A stretch of DNA of 64,000 nt, taken from the human T2T-CHM13v2.0 reference genome, Homo sapiens. Below the pieces are notes generated by a model. That model searched no databases. It had not been told where the DNA came from and saw only the letters and a program-made list of their open reading frames with translations. The stretch lies in NCBI RefSeq assembly GCF_009914755.1, contig NC_060947.1. One strand, 5' to 3'. Below, in pieces: positions 46,252 through 64,000 of this stretch. Position 1 is the stretch's first letter; each line of letters starts with the position of its first letter. Position numbers and translations under genes: made by a program.

Positions 46252-47099
46252 AGGTTTGGTGTTCTTAACCCAGCATCTCACAACTTCTGTACTGAGCCTT
46301 CTATGGATCTTTGAAAAATGGGCTTCTCCAGAAGGTAGGGGGAACTTTCACAGCCCTGGGAGACCATGACCAAAGGGAAACATGACTGAATGGGACAGAG
46401 GAGTAATTGTGCTTAGGACTAGTTTAGCAGAAATTCATTAGGGGGCTCAAGACATCTGTGAAAAAACTGAAGCAAAATCCCATAAAAATAGAAGGCCTTC
46501 AGAAACACTGCCCACAGACTCAACAAAGGGATCTGGCCTGAGAAGCCCAAAACACTTGGGCCACCAACTTCTGCTTCTTTCTTGTGAGACCACATGCAGG
46601 TCTCTTCATCTCTTTGTGGCTCAATTTACCCACTTATAAAATGAGGGACCTGGACTCTATCTTTTAGGATAGTGAAAAAGTAGCTAGCCTGGGAAAGAAG
46701 AGATATACACAACTCTAGAGATTCTTCAGATTTTTCCAGGGACTACTGCAGAGGGAGAGGATGGATGGGGACAAAAGAAATGAGAAAAAAAAAATCGGTG
46801 GAGTTTCCAGTAGGCTGACAAGTGCCTCCATCACATCAGAGCATTCCTGCTTTTATATTATTTATGCAATGTACTTCAGTGTAAAATTGCAATTGGAAAG
46901 GAAAGGGGGTTCCATGGATTTAGGAAGGTTTTAACTTTCTAACTTCTAGCTGCAAGTGAGTCTGAAAAAGTAAGAATGTAGTTTTTATAGCTTTTGTAAT
47001 GATGGTAGAAACAGAGAAGAGGGTTGAAAATAAGAATATTGAGTTAGTTCAACAGCATCCACTATGATTAATATTTTTTGCTCTAAATTTGATTACTTT

Positions 47100-47895
<796 letters not shown>

Positions 47896-48368
47896 AGTAC
47901 TTTTAAAATTTAACTAATGACTTCCATTTTCAAAATGTTTCCAGCAGAAACTGACTTGGGAAATGTTGCATTTGTGTGTCTCTTTGTACTCAAGCTATTT
48001 TTTGGCAGTTTTTGTTGTTGTTGATATTTTATATCCTTTGATGTTATTACACATTGTTGATCCTACAGTTGCACCTCCCCAAGCATTGTGAATAGGTTTC
48101 TGAAAGCCTTTGTAGGAAGAATTTCAGTTGAATAATTTAAGACTTGTATAAGGAGTTTTCTTGAGGGGGACTGAGAGGCAAAAGCCCTTGTAAATATTTT
48201 ATATTTACTAAAACAAACCACTAAATATAATACCAAATAAAGATGGTATTAATTTCCTTTTAAACCCACTGGCCTAGACAAAGGCTAGAGTCTTCACCCA
48301 GCTAGGGGAGACTGGAAGTCCATAAGTGGGCAAGAGACACAACCCTAAAATATTCAGTTTCAGACCTA

Positions 48369-48596
48369 GGCTAGGTGCAGTGGCTCATGCCTGTAATCCC
48401 AGCACTTTGGGAGGAGGCTGAGCGGGGAGGATCACTTGAGGCCAGGAATTTGAGACCAGTGTGGGCAACATAGCAAGATCTCATCTCTACAAAACAACAA
48501 CAACAAAAAACTTGAGGCCAGGAGTTTGAGACCAGCCTGGGCAACATAGCAAGATCCCATCTCAATAACAGCAACAACAACAACAACAACAACAAA
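48369..48596 (+). mobile_element. Alu left monomer (FLAM-like) with tandemly duplicated 3' ~75 bp
   Basis: TSD CAGACCTA at 48361-48368 and 48597-48604; cttgaggccagga...catctc + (CAA)n tail occurs twice. Confidence 0.85.
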
Positions 48597-49984
48597 CAGA
48601 CCTATTGCTCCTCCATGGAGCCAGGGAACATGGCAACACAGAGGACTCCCATCTCCAGTACTAGGCCAGCCTATGGCCAGCAAACAGCTGTTGTTTCAGG
48701 AAAGGGGTTCAGAGAGAAATTGCATGGTGTGAAAAACTGTTAATGAAACAGGATATGAGATCCATCTCATGTCTTCCTTCCAGTACTCCCCAAGGAAATG
48801 GCCATACTTGTATTTCACTCTTATTTTATTTTACATTTCCTTAATAAAATTTTAAAAGGTTTCATGAGGCTATATGGAAACGAAGGATGACTCTTCAGGC
48901 CATGAGGAGAGTGTGGCATGAGATTTTGCCGCAGTATGGAAAGGAGAAGCCTGGAATGGGGAACCAAGCACAAAAACTTTGTCCTGGGAGTTCCTGCAGG
49001 TGTCCTTGAGAATGAACTATGGCAGAGAAAGGCAGGGGCAGAACCCTTCAGAGAGCATTGACTCATCAGCTGCTACAACCTGATGAGCCGATCAGGTTCT
49101 TGCTGCTCTTGCCCACCCTTCAGACTCTTTCCCTGAGCCTCAAAGCCAGCTTGAACAATATTTCACTCTTCTAGGCTGCCTGGGGAGTTGGGAGTGGTGC
49201 TCAGCCCATTTTGTGGGGGTTGGAGACTGTTTGTGCACCAGGGCAGTCCCCACTAGAAGGCAGGAAAGAGCTGGAGAGGGTTGGAGAGATTCCCAGTAAG
49301 AAGCATGCTGCAATTTTCTTTCACAACCAACCCCCATATTGGGGTGACAATTCCAGGGAAATGGGATGCATTGTTCTCTACTTGCTGCTAGCCTCTGGGC
49401 CATGAACAAAGTAGTAAATTGGCCCTGTGAGGGAGGGGACAGAAGGGGGAGGTGGTGGAGGATATGGGGACCAGAAGCCCCTGGGGCTGACTGATCTGCT
49501 TACAAACATCAGAACTTCCCCTCCGTGACCCTCCCAGCCCCCAGGGAATGAGAACTGTTTTGCTCTCCTAGATCAGAAAGAACAAGATGTCCTTATCTGG
49601 TGGGAGAGGGCTGGTCAATACCACCTCCAAGGAGAGAAGAGAAAGGACCCAAGAGAACTGCAAGCCCAGCAGGAAGCATCATTCTTGGGGAAAGCCTAGA
49701 AAGAAGCAGGCAGGCTCCATCCCAGGCCCACAGGGTTTCAGGAGTCCGGATGGGCGGTGGATTCAGACTCCATACTCTCCCACCAGTGCTTCAAAGCCCT
49801 GGTGCTTGTGGCTGGTGTTAATTTTTTACTTTTATTGTCTTTATGAGCTTTTTCTAAACCTGGCTTCTAAAAAGCTATGAAAGCCAAACAGCTTTTCAGG
49901 CTACAGCATTCTCCACCCCCTTTCCTGACTCCCTACTTACCATTCCTCTGACCTTTCTTGAGCACCTACTTTACTGTGGGAGAA

Positions 49985-50322
49985 CAGCCATCCCTCAGTA
50001 TATGTGGGAGATTAGTTCCAGGACCCCTTGCAGACACCAAAATCCACAGATGCTCATGTCTCATGTCCTTTACAAAAATTAGTGTAGTATTTGCATATAA
50101 CCTATATACATCCTCTCATAAACTTTAGGTCACTCTAGATTACTTATGATACCTAATACAATGTAAATGCTATGCAAATAGTTGTTATACTATATTGTTT
50201 AAGGAGTAATGACAAAAAAAGTCTGTACATGTTTAGCACAGACACAGTCATCCATTTTTTTTCAAACATTTTCGATCTGCTGTTGGTTGAACCCACTGAT
50301 GCAGAACCCACTGATAAGGAGG
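49985..50322 (+). mobile_element. MER2 (TcMar-Tigger) DNA transposon
   Basis: cagccatccctcagtat...gttccaggacccc...accaaaatccacagatgctca...ttggttgaacccactgatgcagaaccc matches the recalled MER2 consensus. Confidence 0.85.
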
Positions 50323-53300
50323 CAAAAGATTCTGTGTAGGGTCTGCTGCAAACCCATGCTTCTTCCAGGGCTCTCAGTCTCTGTTACTTTCCTCACCAAA
50401 AAGTTGCCCTTTTGTGTATGGTAAAAACAACGTTGTCCTTCCCTGAATTAATTTACCAACCTTGGTCTAGAAGCCCATGTCTTTGTCACAATACTCAATA
50501 TTTAGTGATGTGGCCCTAGAGAGGTTTTAGACTTTCAGTCAAGGTTCTGATATTTTTGGTCTGATTCTGCCAACCCAGATCATTTTATGGCCACAGAACC
50601 AAATGGAGCTAGATGCTTTCCTGGCACAATTGGTGAGTTTTGTTCAATTCAACAAACCTTTCTTGAGCACCATGTCACCATATGCCCAGATAGCTCTCTG
50701 CCAGAGAGAGAGGTATAAAGCCCTTTAAGGGCCCGCCCCTCCCCTCCATCTTCCTGCCTTTTTCTACCTTGCTGCACTTCTTCTGCCCATACAGGCTCAG
50801 CTCCATCTAGAGAAAGCTAAGCTGGAAAGTGGTAAGGGGCCTTAGATATAATCTTTTCAGAACCCCTCATGATATAGACAGAGAAAGCAAGACCCAGAAG
50901 AGTAAGAAACTTGACCTAGGCTACACAGCAGATTAGCAGTAGGGTTTGGAGTTGGGGTCTAAGGCTAAGGGGGGGCTTCTAAAACAAAGAGAATATCCCA
51001 GGTTAGTATGTGCATTGGGGTGGATGTGGGAACATGTGAAAAGCCGGTCAAGACCAATAACCTAGACTTTGTGGCCACATCTAGGATTGGTTTGAAGGTT
51101 ACCTTGTAGGCCCCTAGCACTCCCGCCCAAAGTATGTCTCAGAAACAGAAATGGCACCTCTGGGTAATTCTTTTGGAGCTTGAAGGCTGTGCACATTTAA
51201 TTTTCCAAAAATAAAATCCTAGTATAGGCAAAGCCTTGTAGGAACAAAGCCCTGAGGGAGGCAGCTCAGAAAAGACAATTAAGAAAACCCCAGAGAGCCT
51301 TTGTAACTACATAGTACAAAAAATTCTACCAGTTTAAAAAAGATATTCTTGCCTCCTTCCATATATTCCACAGACTGATTGTTGTCAGGCATGCTCCATG
51401 ACATAGAAATCTGACTTTGTCAGTCCCCCTCCCAGAAACCACTCATGAATCACATAGTCCTGGTGAGATTAGATCCAAACTCCTGGCCATGCCATTCAAG
51501 TTCCTGGGCAACTTTCCCAGGATCATCTTTTCCCACCCAACTCTTACCTAAACCACCCACACATACCTTCTTCATTCACACCATATCATTCACATTTCAA
51601 GCCTCCAAACCACTGTTCATGCTGTTCCATCAGCTTGAGATACCTTTCTCTACTTTTTGATTATTAGATTATCCTTCAGGGCTCAACTCAAAGATCACCC
51701 TCTATTCTGTTAAACTTTTAAAAAAATAGCTTTATTGAGACAAAATTTATTTGCCACACAATTAACCCAACTAAAGTACACAATTCAATGGTTTTTAGTA
51801 AATTCACAGAATTGTGTAACCATTACCACGATCAATTTTAGAACATTGTCATCACCTGGAAAGAAACATGTACGCTTTAGGCATCCCTACCACCAAAATC
51901 TCCCCATCACCCCCTCGCAGACCTTGGCAAATACTAATCCACTTTCTGTTTCTATAAATGTGTATGCTCTAGACATTTCATATTAGTGGAATTATATAAT
52001 ATATGGTCTTTTGACTGGCTTTTCTTCACTTAGCATAATGTTTTCAAGGTTCTTCTATATCATAGCATGTATTAGCAACAAATTTCTTTTTATGGCTGAA
52101 TAATAGCCATTGTATGGATAAACTGTACCACATTTTGTTTATGCACTTACAAATTCATGGACATTTCAGTTGTTTCTACTTTTTGGCTATTATGAGTAAT
52201 GCTGCTATGAGAAGTCCAGTACAAGTTTTTAAATTAGATGTACGTTTTTATTTGTCTTGGTTATATACCTAACAGCAGAATTGTTGGATGATATGGTACA
52301 ATTTTAAAAAAATATTTAATTTAATTTTTATGTGTACATAATAGTTGCACTATTTATGGGGTACATGTGATATTTTGACATAAGCATACAATCTTATAAT
52401 GATCAAATCAAGGTAACTGGGATATCCATCACCTTAAACATTTATCATTTCTTTATGTTAAGAACATTCTATTTCCATTCTTCTAGTTATTTGGAAATAC
52501 ACAATTTTTTGTAACTATAGGCACCCTATTGTGCTACCAAAAACTAGATCTTATTCCTTCTATCTAACTATATTTTTGTAACCATTAGCCAACCCTTCTT
52601 TATCCCCCACTCCCCATTACCCTTCCCAGCCTCTGGTAACCATCATTCTACCCTTTACCTTCATGAGACCAATCAACCTTTTTAGCTCCTATATATGAAT
52701 AAGAACATGCAACATTTCTGTGCTTGGCTTATTACACTTAATATAATGACTTTCAGTTCTACTCACGTTGTTGCAAGTGACAGGATTTCATTCTTTTTTA
52801 TGCCTGAATAATATTCCATTGAGTATATGTTATCACATTTCCTTTATCCATTCACCTGTTGATGGGTACTTAGGTTGATTCCATGTCTTAGCTATTGCAT
52901 ATAGTGCTGCAACAAACATGGGAGTGCAGATATCTCTTGGATATACTGAGTTTTCTTCTTTTGGATATATACCCAGCAGTGGGAATGCTGGATCATATGG
53001 TGGTAACTTGATGTTTAATATTTTAAGGAACTGCCAAAATATTTTCCAAAACAGCTAACCCATTTTACATTCCTACAAACAACACATGAAGATTTCAATT
53101 TCTGTACATCCTCACCAACACTTATTTTTTGTATTTTTTTTATAGCTATTCTAGTGGTTGTGAAGTGGTATCTCCTTTTGGTTTTTATTTGCAGTTCCTT
53201 GACGACTAAAGATATTAGGTATCTTTTCATGTGTTCATTGGCCATTTGTATATCTTCTTTAACGAAATGTCTATTGAAACTCTTGGCCTGCTTTTTGTTT

Positions 53301-54300
53301 TTAAAGACGATTTTAGGGCAGTTTTAGATTTGTAGCAAAGTTGAGCAGAAAGTGCAGACATTTCCCATATACCCCCTACCCCCCAGCATGCACAGCACCT
53401 CCACTATTAACTCCTTCACCAGAATAGTACTTTTATTATAATTGATGAACCTACATTGACACATCATTATTACCCAAAGTTCATAATTTACATTAGGTTC
53501 ACTCTTGGTGTACATTCTATAAGTTTTGTCAAATACATAATAACATGTGTCTACCATTATAGTATCATACAGAATAGTTCCACTGCTCTAAAAATTCCCT
53601 GTGCTTTACCTATTCATCTCACCATCCCCCTGGCAACCACTGATCCTTTTACTGTCTCCATAGTTTTGCTTTTTCCAGAATATCATCTGATTGGAATCAC
53701 ACAGTATGGAGCCTTTTCAGATTGGTGTCTTTCACTTAATAATATGCACTTAAGATTCCTCCATGTGTTTTCATGGCCTGATAGCCAATTTCTTTTGAGT
53801 GCTGAACAATACTCCACTGTCCAGATGTACCAGAGCTTATCCATTCACCTACCGAAGGAAATCTTGGTTGCTTCCAAGTTTTGGCAATTATGAATAAAAC
53901 TGCTATAAACAATAATGTGCAGGGTTTTTTTGTGTGTGGACATAGGTTTTTGACCCACTTGGGTAAATACCAAGGAGCACAATTGCTGGATTGTACCATA
54001 AGAGCATGTTTAGTTTTATAAGAAACTGCCAGACTGTCCTCCAAAGTGGGTGTACCATTTTGCATTCCCACCAGCACTAAATGAGAGTTCCTGTTGCTTC
54101 ACATCATCACCAGCATTTGGTGTTGTCAGTGTTTTGGATTTTGGTTATTCTAATAGGTGTGTAGTGGTATCTCATTGTTTCCATCTGCAATTCCCTCATG
54201 ACATATGATATTGAGCATCTTTTCATATGCACATTCACCATACATATATATTTTCTGGTGAGGTGTTCATTTAGATTTGCCTTTAAAAATATCAAGTTAT

Positions 54301-54584
<284 letters not shown>

Positions 54585-56295
54585 TCAAGTTATTTATTTT
54601 CTTTTTGTTGAATTTTAAGAGTTCTTTGTATATATTATTAACAATTCTTTATCAGATATGTCATTTGCAAGTATTTTCTCCCAATCTTCTCATTCACTTG
54701 ATAGTGTCTTTCACAGAGCAGAGATTCTTAATTTTAATTAAGTCCAGTTTACAAATTATATCTTTTATGGATTGTGCCTTTGTTGTTATACATAAACAAT
54801 TACCACCCAAGGTCATTGAAATTTGCTTTTATATTATCTTCTAGGAATTTTAGAGTTTTGCATTTTACATTTAGGTCTATGATTAGTTTTGTGTGAATTT
54901 TTGTGAAGGGTGTAAGCTCTGTGTTGTTACTGTTATTTTAGGATTAGGAATGAAAGACAGTTATTATAATCCTGGGACCTCATTTCTCTGATGGCTCTAA
55001 GAACAGTGGTTTATTTTTCAGTTTGTTTAGCTTTTTATTTGTTGTTAGGACAGAGTGATAACTTCCAAGCTCTTTACATGCCAGACTGGAAAACCTTTGC
55101 CCATTTGTCAATGTTATTTGTCTTTTTATTGTTGAATTATTAAAGTTTTAAATATATATTCTGGATACTCAACCCTTATCAGATAAATGATTTGAAAATA
55201 TTTTCTCTCATTCTGTGTGTTATCTTTTCACTATCTTACTGGTGCCCCTTGAAGCACAAGTTTTTCATTGTTTTATTGTGGTGAAATATACAGAACATAA
55301 AATTTATAATTTTAACCATTTTAAGTGTACATTTCAGTGGCACTAAGTACATTTACGTTCTTGTGCAACTATCACCACCATCCATCTCCAGTACTTTTTC
55401 ATCTTCCCAAACTGAAACTCTGTGTCTATTAAACATTTTCTCTTCTTCTCAGTCCTTGGCAACCACCATTCTACTTTCTGTCCCTAAGGATTTGATGACT
55501 CTAGGTACATCAAGTAAATGGAATCACACAGTATTTACTTGTCTTTTTGTAACTGGCTTATTTCACTTAGCATAATGTCTTCCAGGTTCACCTATGTTGT
55601 AGCATGTGTCAGAATTTCCTTCCTTTTTAAGGGTGAATAATATTTCATTGTATATACACACATACATACATACATGCATATACATATACATTTTGTTTAT
55701 CCAATCATCCATCAATGGACATTTGGGTTGTTCCCACCTTTTGGCTATTGTGAATGATGCTTCTCTGAACTTTAGGGGACAAATATCTGTTTGAGTCCCT
55801 GATTTCAATTATTTTGGGTATATACCCAGAAATATGTTTTTAATTTTTATGAACTCCAATTTATCTAGTGTTTTTTTGTTGCTTGTGCTTTTAAAATTAT
55901 TTCTAAAAACTATTGCCTATTCTATTTACTTCTATGCTTTCTTCTAAGACTTCTATATTTTTAATTCTTATATGTAGGTATGTACTTCATTTTGAGCTAA
56001 TTTCTATATATGGTGTCATGTAGGAATTCAGCTTCATTCTTTTGTATGTGAATATCTAGTTGACTCATCACCATTTGCTGAAAAGACTATTTTATCTATA
56101 TTGAATTATCTTGGCAACCTTGCTATTAATCAATTCACAGGAAATATAAAGGGGTTTTTAAATGGACTCTCAATTTTGTTTCATTAATCTGTACGTTCAT
56201 TCTTATGCAAGTACCACACGGTTTTTATTACTGTACCTTTGTAGTAGATGTGAAATTAGGAAGTGTGAATCTCCCAACTTTGTTGTTCATTTTTC

Positions 56296-57648
<1,353 letters not shown>

Positions 57649-58330
57649 TGTTGTTCATTTTTCAAGATTCTTTTTGCTATTCTAGTTCTCTTGCATTTTC
57701 ATACACATCTTAGGATCAGTTTGTCAATTTCTGCAAAGAAAATGCAGCCAGGGTTTTTATAGGGATATTGTTGAATCTGTAGGTAAATTTACAGAGATTG
57801 CCATCTTAATAATATTAAGTGTTCTGATCCATGAAAATGGAATGTTTCCAATTATTTAGATATTTTTAATTTCCTCCGACAATATTTTGTAGCTTTCAGA
57901 GTATAAGTTTTATACTCCTTTTGTTAAATTTATTCCTAAGTAGTATATACTTTTTGATGCTTTTGTAAATGGAATTGTTTTAATTTTATTTGAAGATTGT
58001 TTATTGCTAGTATATAGAAATGTAATTCATCTTTGTATATTGATTTTCTATCTTGTAACATTGCTAAACTAAGTTATTAGTTCTAGCAGGTTTTTTTGCA
58101 GATTCCTTAGTGTTTTTTTTTTTTTATTATACTTTAAGTTTTAGGGTACATGTGCACAATGTGCAGGTTTGTTACATATATATATGTGTGCCATGTTGGT
58201 GTGCTGCACCCATTAACTCGTCATTTAACATTAGGTATATCTCCTAATGCTATCCTTCCCCCCTCCTCCCACCCCACAACAGGCCCTGGTGTGTGATGTT
58301 CCCCTTCCTGTGTCCATGTGTTCTCATTGT

Positions 58331-62157
<3,827 letters not shown>

Positions 62158-62220
62158 TATGATGTTAGCTGGTTATTTTGCTTGTTAGTTGATGCAGTTT
62201 CTTCCTAGCCTCGATGGTCT

Positions 62221-63238
62221 TTACAATTTGGCATGTTTTTGCAGTGGCTGGTACCGGTCGTTCCTTTCCATGTTGAGTGCTTCCTTCAGGAGCTCTTTTA
62301 GGGCAGGCCTGGTGGTGACAAAATCTCTCAGCATTTGCTTGTCTGTAAAGGATTTTATTTCTCCTTCACTTATGAAGCTTAGTTTGGCTGGATATGAAAT
62401 TCTGGGTTGAAAATTCTTTTCTTTAAGAATGTTGAATATTGGTCCCCAACTCTCCTCTGGCTTGTAGAGTTTCTGCCGATAGATCTGCTGTTAGTCTGAT
62501 GGGCTTCTCTTTGTGGGTAACCCGACCTTTCTCTCTGGCTGCCCTTAACATTTTTTCCTTCATTTCAACTTTGGTGAATCTGACAATTATGTGTCTTGGA
62601 GTTGCTCTTCTCGAGGAGTATCTTTGTGGCGTTCTCTGTATTTCCTGAATGTGAATGTTGGCCTGCCTTGCTAGATTCAGGAAGTTCTCCTGGATAATAT
62701 CCGGCAGAGTGTTTTCCAACTTGGTTCCATTCTCCCCGTCACTTTCAGGTACACCAATCAGATGTAGATTTGGTCTTTTCACATAGTCCCATATTTCTTG
62801 GAGGCTTTGTTCATTTCTTTTTATTCTTTTTTCTCTAAACTTTTCTTCTCGCTTCATTTCATTCATTTGATCTTCCATCACTGATACCCTTTCTTCCAGT
62901 TGATCGAATTGGCTACTGAGGCTTGTGCATTCATCATGTAGTTCTCATGCCATGGTTTTCAGCTCCATCAGGTCCTTTAAGGACTTCTCAGCATTGGTTA
63001 TTCTAGTTAGCCTTTCATCTAATCTTTTTTCAAGGTTTTTAACTTCTTTGCCATGGGTTTGAACTTCCTCCTTTAGCTCGGAGTAGTTTGATCTTCTGAA
63101 GGCTTCTTCTCTCAACTCGTCAAAGTCATTCTCCCTCCAGCTTTGTTCCATTGCTGGTGAGGAGGTGCATTCCTTCGGAGGAAGAGAGGCGCTCTGATTT
63201 TTAGAATTTTCAGTTTTTCTGCTCTGTTTTTTCCCCAT
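62221..63238 (-). pseudogene. L1 ORF1, disrupted
   Basis: MGKKQSRKTENSKNQSAS...; stop at 62945 and a later frameshift (fragments 62945-63238 and 62423-62881). Confidence 0.92.
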
Positions 63239-64000
63239 GTTTGTGGTTTTATCTACCTTTGGTCTTTGATGATGGTGATGTACAGATGGGGTTTTGGTGT
63301 GGATGTCCTTTCTGTTTGTTAGTTTTCCTTCTAACAGTCAGGACCCTCAGCTGCAGGTGGGTTGGAGTTTGCCGGAGGTCCACTCCAGACCCTGTTTGCC
63401 TGGGTATCAGCAGCAGAGGCTGCAGAACAATGGATATTGGTGAACAGCAAATGTTGCTGCCTGATCGTTCCTCTGGAAGTTTTGTCTCAGAAGAGTACCC
63501 AGCCGTGTGAGTTGTCAGTCTACCCCTACTGGGGGTTGCCTCCTAGTTAGGCTACTTGGGCATCAGGGACCCCCCTGAGGATGCAGTCTGTCCATTCTCA
63601 GATCTCAAGCTGCATGCTGGGAGAACCACTACTCTCTTCAAAGCTGTCAGATAGGGACATTTAAGTCTGCAGGATTTCTGCTGCCTTTTGTTTGGCTATG
63701 CCCTGCCCCCAGAGGTGGAGTCTACAGAGGCAGGCAGGCCTCCTTGAGCTGCAGTGGGCTCCACCCAGTTTGAGCTTCCTGGCCGCTTTGTTTACCTACT
63801 CAAGCCTCAGCAATGTTGGGCGTCCCTCCCACAGCCTCACTGCTGCCTTGCAGTTCAATCTCAGACTGCTGTGCTAGCAATGAATGAGGCTCCATGGGCC
63901 TAGGACCCTCCCAGCCATGCACGGGATATAATCTCCTGGTGTGCTGTTTGCTAAGGCCATTGGAAAAGTGCAGTATTAGGGTGTTAGTGACCCGATTTTC

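Noticed and set aside
63692-63877. ORF MAMPCPQRWSLQ... as L1 ORF0
   Set aside because: Different frame from ORF0; the ORF0-homologous frame starts at 63813 and is truncated after 24 codons

Overview
Human (primate) genomic DNA containing the 5' end of SLC16A2 (MCT8, the X-linked thyroid hormone transporter) on the + strand. It shows a bipartite CpG-island promoter (~3.5-6.4 kb), coding exon 1 (long-form ATG 4876, main ATG 5098, splice donor after 5527) and about 58 kb of intron 1; no further exon is recognisable. The intron is mostly interspersed repeats: ~25 Alus, MIR/L2, MER1B, MER2, MER5A, MER81, a tRNA-headed MamSINE1-like element and many L1 pieces. It also holds a 7SL pseudogene, an HNRNPA1 processed pseudogene and a near full-length, disabled L1PA4-like element antisense to the gene that runs off the right edge. 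I found no convincing new protein-coding system. The best unexplained signals are a cluster of three adjacent hairpins including a 45-bp near-perfect stem (29.0-29.2 kb), an out-of-frame ATG 5 nt upstream of the long-isoform start that opens a 158-codon overlapping ORF, an L1 antisense promoter pointing towards the downstream exons, a 145-bp microhomology-bounded tandem duplication, and two Alus with duplicated 3' ends inside single TSDs. Repeat family names come from recalled consensus sequences, not a database search.
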